From positions 70,372,001-70,436,000 of the forward strand of contig NC_087437.1 of the NCBI RefSeq assembly GCF_036321535.1: DNA of 64,000 nt, written 5' to 3'. This document shows, piece by piece, positions 51,964 to 64,000 of the stretch; the stretch's first letter is position 1; each line of letters opens with the position of its first letter. The notes beneath the pieces are model-generated. The model made no database searches. It saw nothing but the letters and a program-made list of their open reading frames with translations, and was not told where the DNA came from. Position numbers and translations under genes: made by a program. This DNA is from Camelus dromedarius (lineage: Eukaryota).

Positions 51964-53309
51964 TGTACATTCAAGTATAATAAATAGCTGGCTTGCATAT
52001 GCATGCTATATTCAAATATATTTATGCATATTTATATATTAAGCCTTTTATACATACCTATAGAGATTTTTATATAACAACCTGAGAGTTAACACAGAGA
52101 ACATACTTACATAACTCTGGTGTCAGGAAGAGACTGACTTTTAAAATAACGTTTATCAGCGTGAGAGGAACTTTATTACTATTTGAATCCAGGTTTCTCC
52201 CTTTTCTTTCATTGAGCAGGGATACAAACGTAGGTGCCTATGAATGCTCAGTGTCTGAAAGTAATTTGAGAGTCCTCAAGGCAGTTCAAAGTAGCATGGT
52301 GAAGGAGAATATGAGCTGGTCAAGTACCTTTCGCAAATGTGCGTAGCTAAAAGTACCAAGATAGAAAGTATATGGCAGAAAGGTTTGTTTAGTAAGTGCC
52401 GAAAGACATCAGATGTGTGAACACTTTGCTGATATCCTCAGTATTTGAAATGGAGGAATTTAGTGTCTTTTTATTGGATAAAAATAAGATATGCATATAT
52501 CCAAAAATAGCTCAGTGTACAGTTTTCAATTGCTATTTAATAAAAATCTAATAATAATATTTAGATGATTTCTTCACTTCTAAGACAGTTTCTCTCATTT
52601 TGTACTAAACCATGTTCTTTATTGCTAAGTTCACAAAATTAAATCTAAAATATTATGGAGAGATGATTCCTTTAAAAATCGGAATATTTTTCTTAAAGGT
52701 ATATAACTATCTCTTTGTATTTCAGGTGTTTCAGAAATGGTTAATTTGGTTTTTTAAAAATTCTCTAAGCTAAAGTTAGCATGATGTGTTTCATAAGAGA
52801 AGTTAATTATTTAGATGATGACATTGAAAATAAAGAGCTCTTAGGGAAAGTGACTCTTACAGGATTTGTAGTATTGTTCCTAACATTTGTTTTCCTACAA
52901 TATATATTTCCCTTGTATGTTTGAGTGTACTATATTAAAATTAAAAAAAAAAACAACTTTATAGAAACCCCAAAAGGAAATCAGTGTACTGTTGTGAAGG
53001 GGAGATTGATGTTCTAAAAAGAGGCAAATACTTATCATAGGCCGTGTGTTTTGTTGTTTCTAAAATACTTTTAAAGCAAGATCTAAGCAGTAGAAAGTCT
53101 AACTCTGATTAAGCATATAGTTAGGATTGCATTCTTTTCCTTTTAAACCATTAGTTTGTGGTTTTTGAGGAAATGTTTGACTGTTTTTTTTTCCCCCTAA
53201 AAGCAAAAGTGAAGTCAGGATATACTAAGTAAAGGTAGAATTTTCAAAAGACAAAAAAGATTCTGAAACTAAAATTTAAGCACATTTTTCTTTTACTAAG
53301 TATGTCTCT

Positions 53310-53410
53310 TTTCTCAGACAGTAAGCTTCTTGGGGGAAGGGAATATGCCTTCTTCATTTTTTGTGTTTAGCTTAGACCAGGTACTCAATAGATGTTTATT
53401 GAATTGATTA
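53310..53410 (+). mobile_element. L2 3' end
   Basis: agacagtaagcttcttggggg...aggtactcaatagatgtttattgaattga. Confidence 0.65.
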
Positions 53411-56400
53411 GCCTCTCAATAGACTTAGAGGAACTATAATAATAAATTCTACTTAAAATATAGCCACAACACAAACGTAGCAAAAAGGGCTCCTTTAAAA
53501 AAAATATGTGTACTAATTTTCCTCTGGGGCACTGTAACAGGATTCCCTTTAGGTCTGGGTATTTGTTTTGATGCTTATTTTTATAGCTCAGTAAGGAAGC
53601 ACAAATTTTGTCCTATATGCTACAATAAAATTAAATACAATTTTAAAACAAAAGACATTTTTAGGCTGAAAGAAAGGACCAAATCAAACTAGTGACTTGT
53701 CAAAGTAGTTTTATATTTAATACTTGAAATGATAACATTGAAGGATTAATATAAGAAAATCTTAGAAGTGTTTAACACTCTGTAATTTTGTACTAACCAC
53801 TAGTGATAATTTTACATAGTTTGAAACAGCTTTTTATATGTACAGACTTACCCAGGATCTGAAATTTAGGCAATAATTAGCCTCTTAAATGGATCTGTTT
53901 GGAAAGCATTATAAAATAAGAGCTCCCTTCCCAAAGAAAGATGCAGTTTTGTTAAGGCTGCACTCATTTAATGGTGTCTCAACTGAAACAGGTGCCCTCC
54001 TTGCTTTGTTCTCCAGGAGCAGCTTTATAGATTTAAGCACTGAGTATACAGTACACAGTGGCACTATTAAAAAATCAGAATGAGGCCACGGGAAAACTCA
54101 TCTAGGATCCACATACCGAAATGCAGTTAGTAAACAGAGACACTAACTCTCATTAAGCATAATTAAACCTAATATTGACTGTAAACTGTTACTTACTTTA
54201 AACTTCTCTGTAGAGAGTGTGGGAAGGGATTAACCTGGCAGATTGGGACATTAATTACTACCTCTTTCACATTAAAGTTACCATCAAGAAGGGCTATATT
54301 CATAAATAAAACATAGAAGGGATTGAGAAACTGAAAATAAGTAAATTTACTTTTAAAAAGGAAAGAAAAGCCTAAATTAAAAAAAAAAAAAAAAGTAAGT
54401 TAGCTGTGAGCAATGCCAGCCCTAGCAAAATGGAACTCTGGCTAATTACTACAAAAAAAAAAAAAAAAAAAAGTAGGCTGAGATAATCACCAAAATGTGT
54501 CCTTGCCTTCTGACTGACAGAATCTGCTTCGCAGGAGACTCCAGTTCAGCCAAGTGCATTCTTTTTCATGCATAGCCTTCTCCACTGCTGAAACTAATGT
54601 GGGGTTTGAGGAAAGGATGAAGGAACTTGGGAGAAACAGAATTTCTGTACTATTTTTCTCCAGTTGTTAATAGCTCTTTATTTATGAAATTGATTACAAT
54701 GATTGCATAAATGTTGTTTGATTTGCCAGCAAAAAGGCACAGTGCTGTTTTTTTGTTCAGTCAGAAAGGTCTGGTAACTGGTCTCCTGCTACTATTTAAT
54801 AATCTCCTTCTTGGGTGCAATCTAAAGTGTATGTTGTGAAGGATATAAAAATGTCAGCTAAATTTAAGTTCAACTATTAAGTTTTTATATTATACTGCTG
54901 CCCCTAGAGGGGAGGCCAGGATCTGGAAGATAAGACTCTAAAGAGAAAAGCCAAGTAATGCCAATAAAAACTTCAATACAAACTTATCTACCAGCCTAAG
55001 AAACATCTTCACAATCGATCAGCTGGACTGTCTGCCGTGCATGTGTACTGCTGTCTGTCACTTGTTTTCTATTTCCTTTCCAGTAAGGAACCATAACACT
55101 CATTCCTGGACTTTCTTTTTATTTCACCAGGGTGGGGTTCTACTTCATAGAATTGAATCCCACATACAACCTTGCCTATGGTTGTAGTATTAAACCACAG
55201 TTTAGGTTTAACATGTTAGGCTCCTAATCTGATTTTAGTGCTATAGTAATATAGTAGTTGTGCATATGGAAAACGGACCCTAGAAATTAAGCCTGGGCAT
55301 GTATTCATTGTTTTAGAGGATGTGGTTTAATTTTCGAATAAAACCCCTAATTTTCCCCCTGAATTTAAAGCTAGTTTCACAGCTCATGAGATGAACTAAT
55401 GAAACAGAAATAATTAATGGACAAAAATCTATCCCTGATTTCCCTCATTGAACAAAAATTCACTAACTGGTTGGATGACAGAGGATGAACAAAAACAGCA
55501 AGAGTAAGAGTACTTCTATCCTCTGTTCTTGTAACAATCATGACTTTACGAAATAACCATAACAATGGCACTCTTATTAATCAGACATATTTATACAGAA
55601 TTAGTGTTGGCTTCTGCTCTATATTACCTTTAGTTTTACATGAACTTTTATTATCTGTGCGTATCAAAAGAGACATGGTGAATGAACAAAGAAGCCCTGT
55701 TATGAGACAAGTATTATTTGACATTTTAGGAAGCTCTTATTATAGGGTTTCCTCTTAAGTGAGAATAACGGGAAGGTTGTCATTAGTTGCACTATTACAG
55801 ACACTCTGGATTTTTAAAAACAGAAATGGAGCCCACTTTTTTCCTCGAAGAAAATTCATTTGTTAGAACAATTCAAGTGATCCAAGACTTCTAACCTAGA
55901 TTTAGCCCCCTAAGCTCCTTGCTTTACCATGTGAACAATGACCCCGTAAGGCATCTCTTAAGATAATTCTTTTTCCTGTGGTTCACAGAGCTAAGTTGGC
56001 TGTATGGTTCTCTTATTTTTTTTTTTAAAAGATGTGTCATCATCCTTAGACTTTTGAAAATCTCTGAATAAATCAAAACAGGTGCCTTTTTTTTTTTCAT
56101 CCCCAAAGAGGAAAGCTCTAAGTTCTTCTGAGGTCTTCTTCCCAGGCTTATGACAGGTGTGACTGGGAATTATGGTGAAAAAAAAGTCTGACTATGTTTC
56201 CTATTGAATCTTCTCTTAAAGTCACTAGGCCTGTACATTCAAGAACTGACCAGTTGCCCTGTATTTGTTTTTTTTTTTTTTTCCTAGAGTTTAGGATAAA
56301 ATTTTAAGTCCAAAGAGTAAAAATAGTACTTTTGAAAAGAAAATAGGTTAGTCACTACAGCTGCAATACGTCAGTTACCAGCAAAAGGAAAACAGTGATT

Positions 56401-57007
56401 CTCAAAGTGGGGAAAGTAAAGATCAAAACTACCAACTGTGAGCTCTTTTCTTTTAAAATTGGCCTTGCCTAAGTTGACAGTTATTTGTATACACTTGTCT
56501 AAGAGCCAAACATACTAGAAAACTGTTTGACCAACTGATCATTTAACTGCCTTTAATCTTTTGCAGGTTAAATATAGATTTCAAAATTGCAGAATTTCCC
56601 CCTATCCTTATCGTGTCTTCTTATTTTATGTTAACAGAAATTGAGTTTGGGGGTTCAGTGAAAAAATAAGTAACCTCTCCAAAATAACATATAAATCCTC
56701 AGGGAAAAAAAAGGCTGTCTAGTTTGGGGTTTAAATCCATGTAAAAGCAAGCCAAGTTTTCTGAGTGAGCCACACACAAAAAAAATCAAAACTTCTAATC
56801 ACCCATCTCTCTTACATAGCAATAGGAGAGGACCAAAGTGTTTTGTACCTTAAAATACTTAAACTGAATCCTTTTAAAAATTATTTATTTACTTGTCTGT
56901 TTGTCTTTAATTTCTATTTTCTATTATACATTTTAATTTGGATGCTATAGAGAAAGACAAAGTGATTTTTCCTGTCGCCATTCTACTGTCTCTAAATAGG
57001 GGAATAC

Positions 57008-57338
57008 TGGATTTGCAGACACTAACTACTACATATAAAAAGAGATAACCACTAAATAGTATTCTCTTTGTTTTTATTTTTGGAAACTTGATAAATGGTG
57101 TTATCGTACTCTATTAAGTTTTTTTAATTAAAAAAAAAGATAAATAATGAGGTCCTACTGTATAGCACAAGGAACTATATTCAATATTTCATAATAACCA
57201 GTAATGAAAAAGAATATGAAAAGGAATACATTAAATATGTATAACTGAATCACTGTGCTCTACACCAGACATTAACACAACATTGTAAACTGACTATACT
57301 TCAGTTTTAAAAAAGGATTCACAGAAAAAAAAAAAAAC
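57008..57338 (+). mobile_element. Cetartiodactyl/camelid L1 3' UTR tip with an internal insertion
   Basis: ggtcctactgtatagcacaaggaactatattcaata...ataactgaatcactgtgctctacaccaga...aacattgtaaactgactatacttca followed by A-tracts. Confidence 0.88.
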
Positions 57339-57899
57339 TATTTAAAACAGGAGAAATCACCCTTGGCTTTGAACTCTAGAATGAAATGTTACTTGTTTTA
57401 AGGGCATTAACCAAACCAAACCATGCATTTAAGGCAGGATCACTGTATACCTCTTGCTACTTTTCAGGCACTTACAGCCCAGATAGCACTTGAAAGTGGT
57501 GCTGTACAAGCAGTATATATTTCCACATGTCTTAAATCCCCACCAGATAATGAACTGTGGGAGCAGGGAATATATCACTTATAACTTTATGTCCTCTTTA
57601 GTGCTTTGGATTTTACAGGTATGCAGTGCATTTTTTAGGTGATTCTTATTTGAAATGCAGGGAAGCTGAGGTTACTCAGGAGAGTCACCAAATTGAAAGG
57701 GAGTTCAGTGAACTTTTTTTGCATCAGAATGTGATTCATCTTAATTTTCAAATACATGAAGTTTTCCAGGAAATAAATTCACCTGTGACTCATAAGTCAC
57801 TAGTTTCCCCTAGTAGCCGATTATGTATATCCCACCTATGACCTAATCTAAAGCTAGTGACATTTTGGTATAACACATCTTTGGTAACAAGCCCACCCT

Positions 57900-58480
57900 T
57901 TCATTCACTTAAAAAACATTTATTAGTGCTAACTATGTGCAAAGCATAGAGATATACAACTGAAAATATAGAGTCTGCTCTCAGGAGACTTATGGGCTGC
58001 TGGGGTCTCAAATACAAAAGAATTCTGTAAGTATTAATACCTTAGGAAGAGTCTAAATAAAGTTACTATGGGATCATAAAATCTACTTAGGAAATCAAGG
58101 AAGGATTTACAAAGACGATATTTAAATGGAGATTTGAAAGATGAATATGTTTGATAGGTGAAGCGTGGGGACCGGAAGGTGGGGGTGACTAGTTGCATTG
58201 GGGAAGAACATTCCAAGAAAAAGCAACAGTATGCATGGAGGCCCAGAGGAATGAGAAAGCCTGGGTCATTCAGAAATGGCAACTGGTTTAGTATGGCTGC
58301 ATCTTAGGGTGGAAGTAAAAAGTAAAGCTGGAAGGGTAATGTTGGTCAGATTATAAAAGGCTCTACATCCTGTACTCAGGAGATTAGATTTTATCCTGTC
58401 ACTGTTGGTGAGTCATTGGAAGATAATACAAGATGATATACTCAAGAGTGTGGAAATATAATCTTACCACATAATGATTA
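57900..58480 (-). mobile_element. L2 fragment
   Basis: ttcattcac...aacatttatt...ctatgtgc, gaagaacattccaag, gattttatcctg...ggtgagtcattggaag. Confidence 0.75.
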
Positions 58481-58569
58481 AATGGGTGTGGAGGATGATG
58501 GAGGAGTCATGTGTGAGTCAGCTTCCTGGCTTTGGTGAGTTTCGGGGTCATTTATAAAGAAAGAAAATG

Positions 58570-58980
58570 CAACTAGCTACTGCCCTTTCTCTTTTCCCTA
58601 TCTACACTCAAATTTCACCAAAGAGATGTTTATGCTCTCTATTTCCATTTCCTCACCAATGCATTCATCAATTCACTCCATCTGCTTCTGAGACCTCTAT
58701 CACTTCACCAAATTAACTTTTTTTGGTTGAGTTTGTATTTATTTGATTGTTTATCCAAATTAACTCTTATTGAGGTCTCATTGAACATTTGACTTGGCTG
58801 ACCACTTCCTCTTTTTTGAAACACTTTCTGCCCTATTTCCCTTGGCATCATGTGCTTCTGATTTTCTTCCTATGCCCCTTGCTATTCTCTTGTTATCTCC
58901 TTTGTTAGGCATATTCTCTGATATCCAGCAGTTAAATGTTGGAGATCCTCAAGTCTAGATTCATAGCACTTCTGTTGATG
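58570..58980 (+). mobile_element. L2 internal fragment
   Basis: ccatttcctcacc, catttgacttggctgaccacttcctcttttttgaaacact, ttaaatgttggag. Confidence 0.7.
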
Positions 58981-60999
58981 CCCAGCATTTTTGGCATTTG
59001 TATAGCCACAACACATCAAGATGTTCAGAGAATGTACTGTAATTCTTTTAAGGTCCTTTTTTGGGAGGACCATGTTTTGAAGGTTATATTTAAGTACATA
59101 GATTCATATTCTTTATCACTAGTAATATGTAATACTCAACACGTGCCCACAGGGGAACTCATAGTAACTTTTGTTCTAATTTGTACATTTTATAAAATTT
59201 TCCTGATGTTTATGTTTTCATATTAGGCAGTTGTTAATCCTCTTTGAATCTTGGTTTCTTAATCTGTAGTATATGGGGAGCCATACCAGCTCTTTAGGAT
59301 TCCATGATGCTGTAGTTTGATATTTTACTGTCTGAAGAGGACAGTGAGCTCTAAAGGATATGCAGATGTCACTTTGAATTACATAGTCACAAATTATGTA
59401 CTTTGAATTACAAAGTTTATAAAAATGCTACTTGTCTTTTCCACATCTACACTTCATACCTTGGTTCCTATACTTAAGATAATTCCATGCTTGTGGAAAT
59501 ATATAATCCTAATTCTATGTTTACTTAAAATTTCTTCACACAGTGTTTGCTATGAAATTTTATCAAAACCTTTCTGAAAGTTTGGGTAGATCTTATATTC
59601 TAGTTACTGCATTAAGCGATGCTTATTTAACCCCACAGGAAGCCCAGACGTGAGAGGCTCAGTTAACCAAGTGAGGCTTAAGCCTTTCAAGGGTCTTACC
59701 CTTTTGTACATATTCCGCTTGTTTGTCTTTGGTTGCCAAGACTGCTTCTAAACCCTTTTTTTGTTATTGAGTCACACTGCCAATCTACTTTCAGTCCTCT
59801 GTGAAAATGGCCACTTTAAGGACAGGTTAGTTAGATATTCAGGGCACAGTTTTATTCTTGGTCTATGCCCCTTTAATGATAGTGATTCATCTGCATCTAG
59901 CTTATTAATGAATTTTAGAATGTCCTTTATATTTGTCATTATTTTGAATCTAGAACCTCCTAATTTGTGTGCTTCAAAATATATTTGAGGCACAGGACTC
60001 TACTTAATGTTTTCCTAGTATGTATGCATACATTTTTGTTATTAATTTAATAAAACTAACCTTTGAATTTCCTTCTGTGTTGCTAGTTGATTTATCCCCT
60101 TGGCATAAAACAAACAAACAAAACTGAAACAAGAACAACAAAAGAAAACCCATTTGGATATCTTCAAAACATCTATTATTTCAAACTTGGGAAAGATAAC
60201 CAAGTCTTAAAAAAATCTATAGAATAGACTATATTCTGCTCTGAACAAGAAACATTTCCCAACTCAAGTGTAAGTATGTAAATATTGTGCTGCATTAGAA
60301 TACTGACAGCTGATTTTGTCTTCATTTTAAAGACTGTATATTAGACTGTTTCTAGATTCTGTGGATAAGTATAGCAGATGAAGCATTATGAGCTGTTTAT
60401 CACTGTCACACAAAGTAAGTCACAGGAAGTAAGAAATATCTGTACTCTAAAAAAATACTACAATTTCACTTTTTCAGTCCAGAACCATGATTTTTCCTTA
60501 TTGGATCCTGTCTATGGAATAGAGGACCTACCAAAGAGTAGATACTCAATAAATATAAATTGATGGTAAAAATTCTCAAGTTTAGCCTCAAAAGGGAGCT
60601 TTATAAAATGTCTTTGTTGCTTTAAGGAAAAGCTCCCTCCTGAAATGCTGTGTATTGAAAAGAACAGATACTTGTATGGAGACACTCCAGTAGAGATGAG
60701 TCCAATTTTAGTACATTGTGTGGGGAGTAACATGCATGAAACTCCATTAATAGCAATTTATGTTGTTCTTTTTTATTTATGTTCTTTTCACTTCATTTTG
60801 CTAATGAATTTAGTATCAGATTGGTGGGTGCTTGGAACAGAAGCCTTAATTTGCAGAATAGAGCAGTGTACACTTCCCAGATAAGGGCCTATAAAGAGAT
60901 CTCCAGTGGAGGTCAGTGTCTTGATACAAAAGGATACTTGGAAACACTTTCTTCTCACCACGTATGAATTGAGTTAACAGACCTATTTGATTGCTCAAA

Positions 61000-61130
61000 T
61001 AGCATTTCTCACAGAAATGCTATTGGCTTTGGGAGCTGGCCAGTTCTCCTGTATAAGGAATTAGTCCCCATATTGCAGGACTTCAAGCCACGTTTTTTCC
61101 CTGTCCACTAAATTCCAGTAGTGCTTCCTG
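61000..61130. mobile_element. MER117/MER20-like hAT MITE fragment
   Basis: gctattggc...cattgcaggac...ccactaaattccagtag. Confidence 0.5.
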
Positions 61131-61142
61131 GTACCCCTCACG

Positions 61143-61410
61143 GCAGTATTTTCAAATATTTTCATAATCCACAGAAAGAAATGCATTTAAATCACGACCT
61201 AGTACATTCATACAGACATTTATAAATTGAAACAAAAATTTCACAATATGTACTTGTTCTATGTGTGCTACTTATAAATATTTTCCATTCTACACCAATT
61301 TATCTCATTTTATCCTATCCTATTCTATCTTTCTTTTTCTTTTAAAGTCTACAACCCACTATCTTAATTTCAAGACCACTAATAGTATACCTGAAAGTTT
61401 GAAAACAATG
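61143..61410. mobile_element. hAT-Charlie MITE with degenerate TIRs
   Basis: Starts cagtattttcaaa and ends tttgaaaacaatg (inverted); internal ccacagaaagaaatgcattt, tgaaacaaaaatttcac, aacccact. Confidence 0.6.
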
Positions 61411-64000
61411 TTTTAGAGATCTTTAAACTTCCTGGTTAGAACAGGATAAAAGGCAAAATAACTTGCCTTTAATATGACTTGGTTTCCTTTTACTCTAAGC
61501 AGAACTCATGTGTGACTGTGGTCCAAATTTCTTAGAGGGGGAGAGGCCTGGGCCCATATACCAGCAGTCCTGGTATAAAGCCTGACTGCCACCTTTCCTC
61601 TTTGTTGCCATGACAATGAGACAAGAGAAACAGAGAACACTGCTCCAGCTCACTCATGGCATGTAGATCTAAAGTTGCCTCTGTAGTACATACTAGGAAC
61701 CATGTGGTGTTATGTGAAAATGAACAGAGTTCAATGAGATGAGAGTGAAACACGCTGCTTTTCCTGTCAAGGTGAGTCATCCCTAAGATGTGGAATGGTT
61801 AGTTGGCATATTGGGCCTCTCCCTTGCATGCTGTTGATTGAGGCAGATGTGGAGTCAAGTAGCCTTCTTATTTTGGTGCAGTACCCAGTCATGGTTATGT
61901 AAAGTTAACCAATATTTTTGGCTTCTCAGAATATTGTCAGAATACTGGCTTTTTGGAGTATTTTTAAGAGGCATAGTTGTTCATGGAAAGCCTACCATCA
62001 TACCTTAATTTTCTTCATGTCCTTTACCTAAAATGACTATACCAATTAATTAGTCCATAGCTCTCAGCTGAAGGAGGGAAAGGTTAATTTGGGGAAAAAA
62101 ATGAAAAAACAAAAGACCTTCCCTAGTGATTTCAGTATGTCTTCCTAGTAGAGGACCATTATTTGGCTACTTCCAGGATAACTACCCTGCCCTCCTAAGT
62201 CATCTGAAAACGTGCAGAACAGGGTTCAGTCACACAGAGGTGAGCTGAGCATGGGCAATTTTCTGCTATCATCTTCCTGGTCCATGTGCTGTTCTCATGA
62301 GCATTTATCCATCTGTTTGACTGAAAAGGCCAGGATTTAACTTAATCCCTTGCTTTTGGTGTGTTGACCCAGTGACAATTGCAGAATGCCTTGAGTTGGA
62401 GATTTATATAGGGAATGAGATTGTAACAATCGTTTCCTCTTCCTATGAGCTGAGTTTATTAGCAATTTTGCACACTTTTGTTGGTATGGCATTTTGTTAT
62501 CTATTTAGAGACTTTGGCCATATTTGCAGTAGTAGAACACACTTAGTATTAAATCTTTAGCATTATACATGGATGCCTCAGATCCATGTTCTACTTCATA
62601 TAGTAAAAAGTAAAACAACAAGATTGGGCACCAAATTTTAAAATGGATTTAAATAATTAGAGTCAGTTATGTCACAAAATTTGCCCTTTCTTATTTCATT
62701 TTTACTAGACTCCTCCCCCACTTATTTTCCAGTTATATTGTTCCATCTATGGAAATAGGCCCATTTCTTCACAAACAAAACAAAACAAAATGCACCCTTG
62801 TCTTTCCAATTTTTTTTTTTTTTTTTGGTTCACCTTTGCCCAGAAAAATAGATTTCTTAGAAAGCCAAAGTTAGAGATGGAGTAGCAGGTGTTTTTCCCT
62901 TTCTTCCTTTGGAGCCATTTTTTCTTATTTGAAGAGGGTGACTTGCCAGTGCCCTGACCTTCCCTTACAATGAGAAAAGCCTTACCTGGAAGACATCTCT
63001 GTGGATGATTTCAGGGTTGAATACAAGAGCTAAGAAAATGAAGACTTGTCCCACTTGAGTTGGGCGGCACGAAAAGAAAGAGTGATTTTTCTTGTTTTGT
63101 CAAAGTCTGTAGAGACTAGTTGTCATTAAGCCAGTGAAGCCAAGATCTGAAGACTAGCCCAAAGCACAATAATGCAAGTAACAAATGAATTCAATCCAAA
63201 ATCTAGGAATGAAGCAAAGCAATGTGGAGAGAAAAAGGAAAAAAGATTCTGGATAAGCTGTATGAGCCAAACTGAGGACGTTCTATCTTGTTGATACTGG
63301 TCTTCAACCACTTGGAACATGGATAGTTATGTACAACTGTTGATTAGAGTGTCCAGGGAGAGAGCAGGAGGCGATTTTGTCACTAGTTACTGTTGTATAG
63401 GAGCTTGGCCAGGAGATGCTGGGGCTGTAGTTTTCAGAATTCTTTCGCAGCCATGGAATGGCTCATTGTGCTGGTTACCCTGTGCTGCTGAGGGGCTGAA
63501 GGCTTGATCTCCAACTTCCAGGTAACCATAGTAGCAGTAGTATAGTTCACCTCAGGATACACCTGCTCAGGTGAGATTGTTCTGTGGAATGAAGCAGAGT
63601 TCTAGACTTCCACTTGGCAGCTACAGTCAAAGTGTTTTTCTTTGGAATGACAGCCCTCCGTTGGTAGAAGAGCTTTGTGTGCAGCAATGGCAGCTGCAAA
63701 TGAAGGCACTTCTGTTTCCCTTCTTCCCCAATATCAGCCAATGCATGGGGGATCTGTCTAGTTCCACAAGATGTTATTCCAGCCAGGACCCAGTGAAGTT
63801 TTCTATTTCTCTGGTATTTCCCCCAGGGAGTGATTGACTTTTAGTGGTATTTGCTGTTGAGTGAACTTGAGGTGCTGCAAATCTTATCTTGCTTTGGGAG
63901 AGAACTGTGACTATTCAACTTTCACTTTCTCTCAGTGTTCTCATTGAAGCATACTGGAACTGGTGCTTTTAAACTCACTCTTTTCTTAGGTAGGCCTCTC

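Larger units (their letters stand above)
1..64000 (+). other. Probable intron of a large + strand gene (host not identified)
   Basis: About 13 L1 fragments on - versus about 2 independent ones on +, and visible T-over-A richness on +; no confident exon found. Confidence 0.5.

Noticed and set aside
54895..54920. CTCF-like CCCCTAGAGGGGAG
   Set aside because: Mismatches at two core positions; cannot be supported without a PWM score or ChIP data
1..64000. Naming the host gene; CRISPR, tRNA, rRNA, NUMT or processed pseudogene
   Set aside because: No exon matched a protein I recognise, and I saw no repeat-spacer array, structured RNA gene, mitochondrial-like or mRNA-like segment

Overview
AT-rich, CpG-poor eutherian genomic DNA, most likely camelid (alpaca/llama/camel). 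The youngest repeats are L1 3' tails matching my recollection of camelid-type L1 ends (tttattgaagtacagtc...tacaatgtgtcaatttctgg), and I see no Alu, B1/B2, Bov-A/BovB, SINEC, PRE or ERE SINEs. No convincing protein-coding exon, RNA gene or CRISPR-like system is visible; the recognisable ORFs in the track are decayed L1 ORF2 or simple-repeat artefacts, and the rest look like chance ORFs. Most L1 fragments lie on the - strand and the + strand looks T-rich, which fits a large intron of a + strand gene that I cannot name. Best-supported points of interest: (i) a four-layer nested insertion at ~26.4-32 kb (old L1ME > hAT-Charlie > twin-primed 5'-inverted L1 > 64-bp young L1 tip), with readable TSDs for the two inner layers; (ii) a CR1/L3 reverse-transcriptase fossil at ~34.75-35.4 kb next to a MER58/L1/LTR/L1-5'UTR patchwork; (iii) repeat-poor, motif-dense blocks that look like enhancers (paired perfect CRE palindromes, an NFAT:AP-1 composite, an Oct/Sox/Pbx-Hox/Meis cluster); (iv) a few weak cryptic exon or promoter candidates. 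Repeat family names come from remembered consensus sequences, not a database search, and boundaries are approximate. I found no evidence for a genuinely new biological system.
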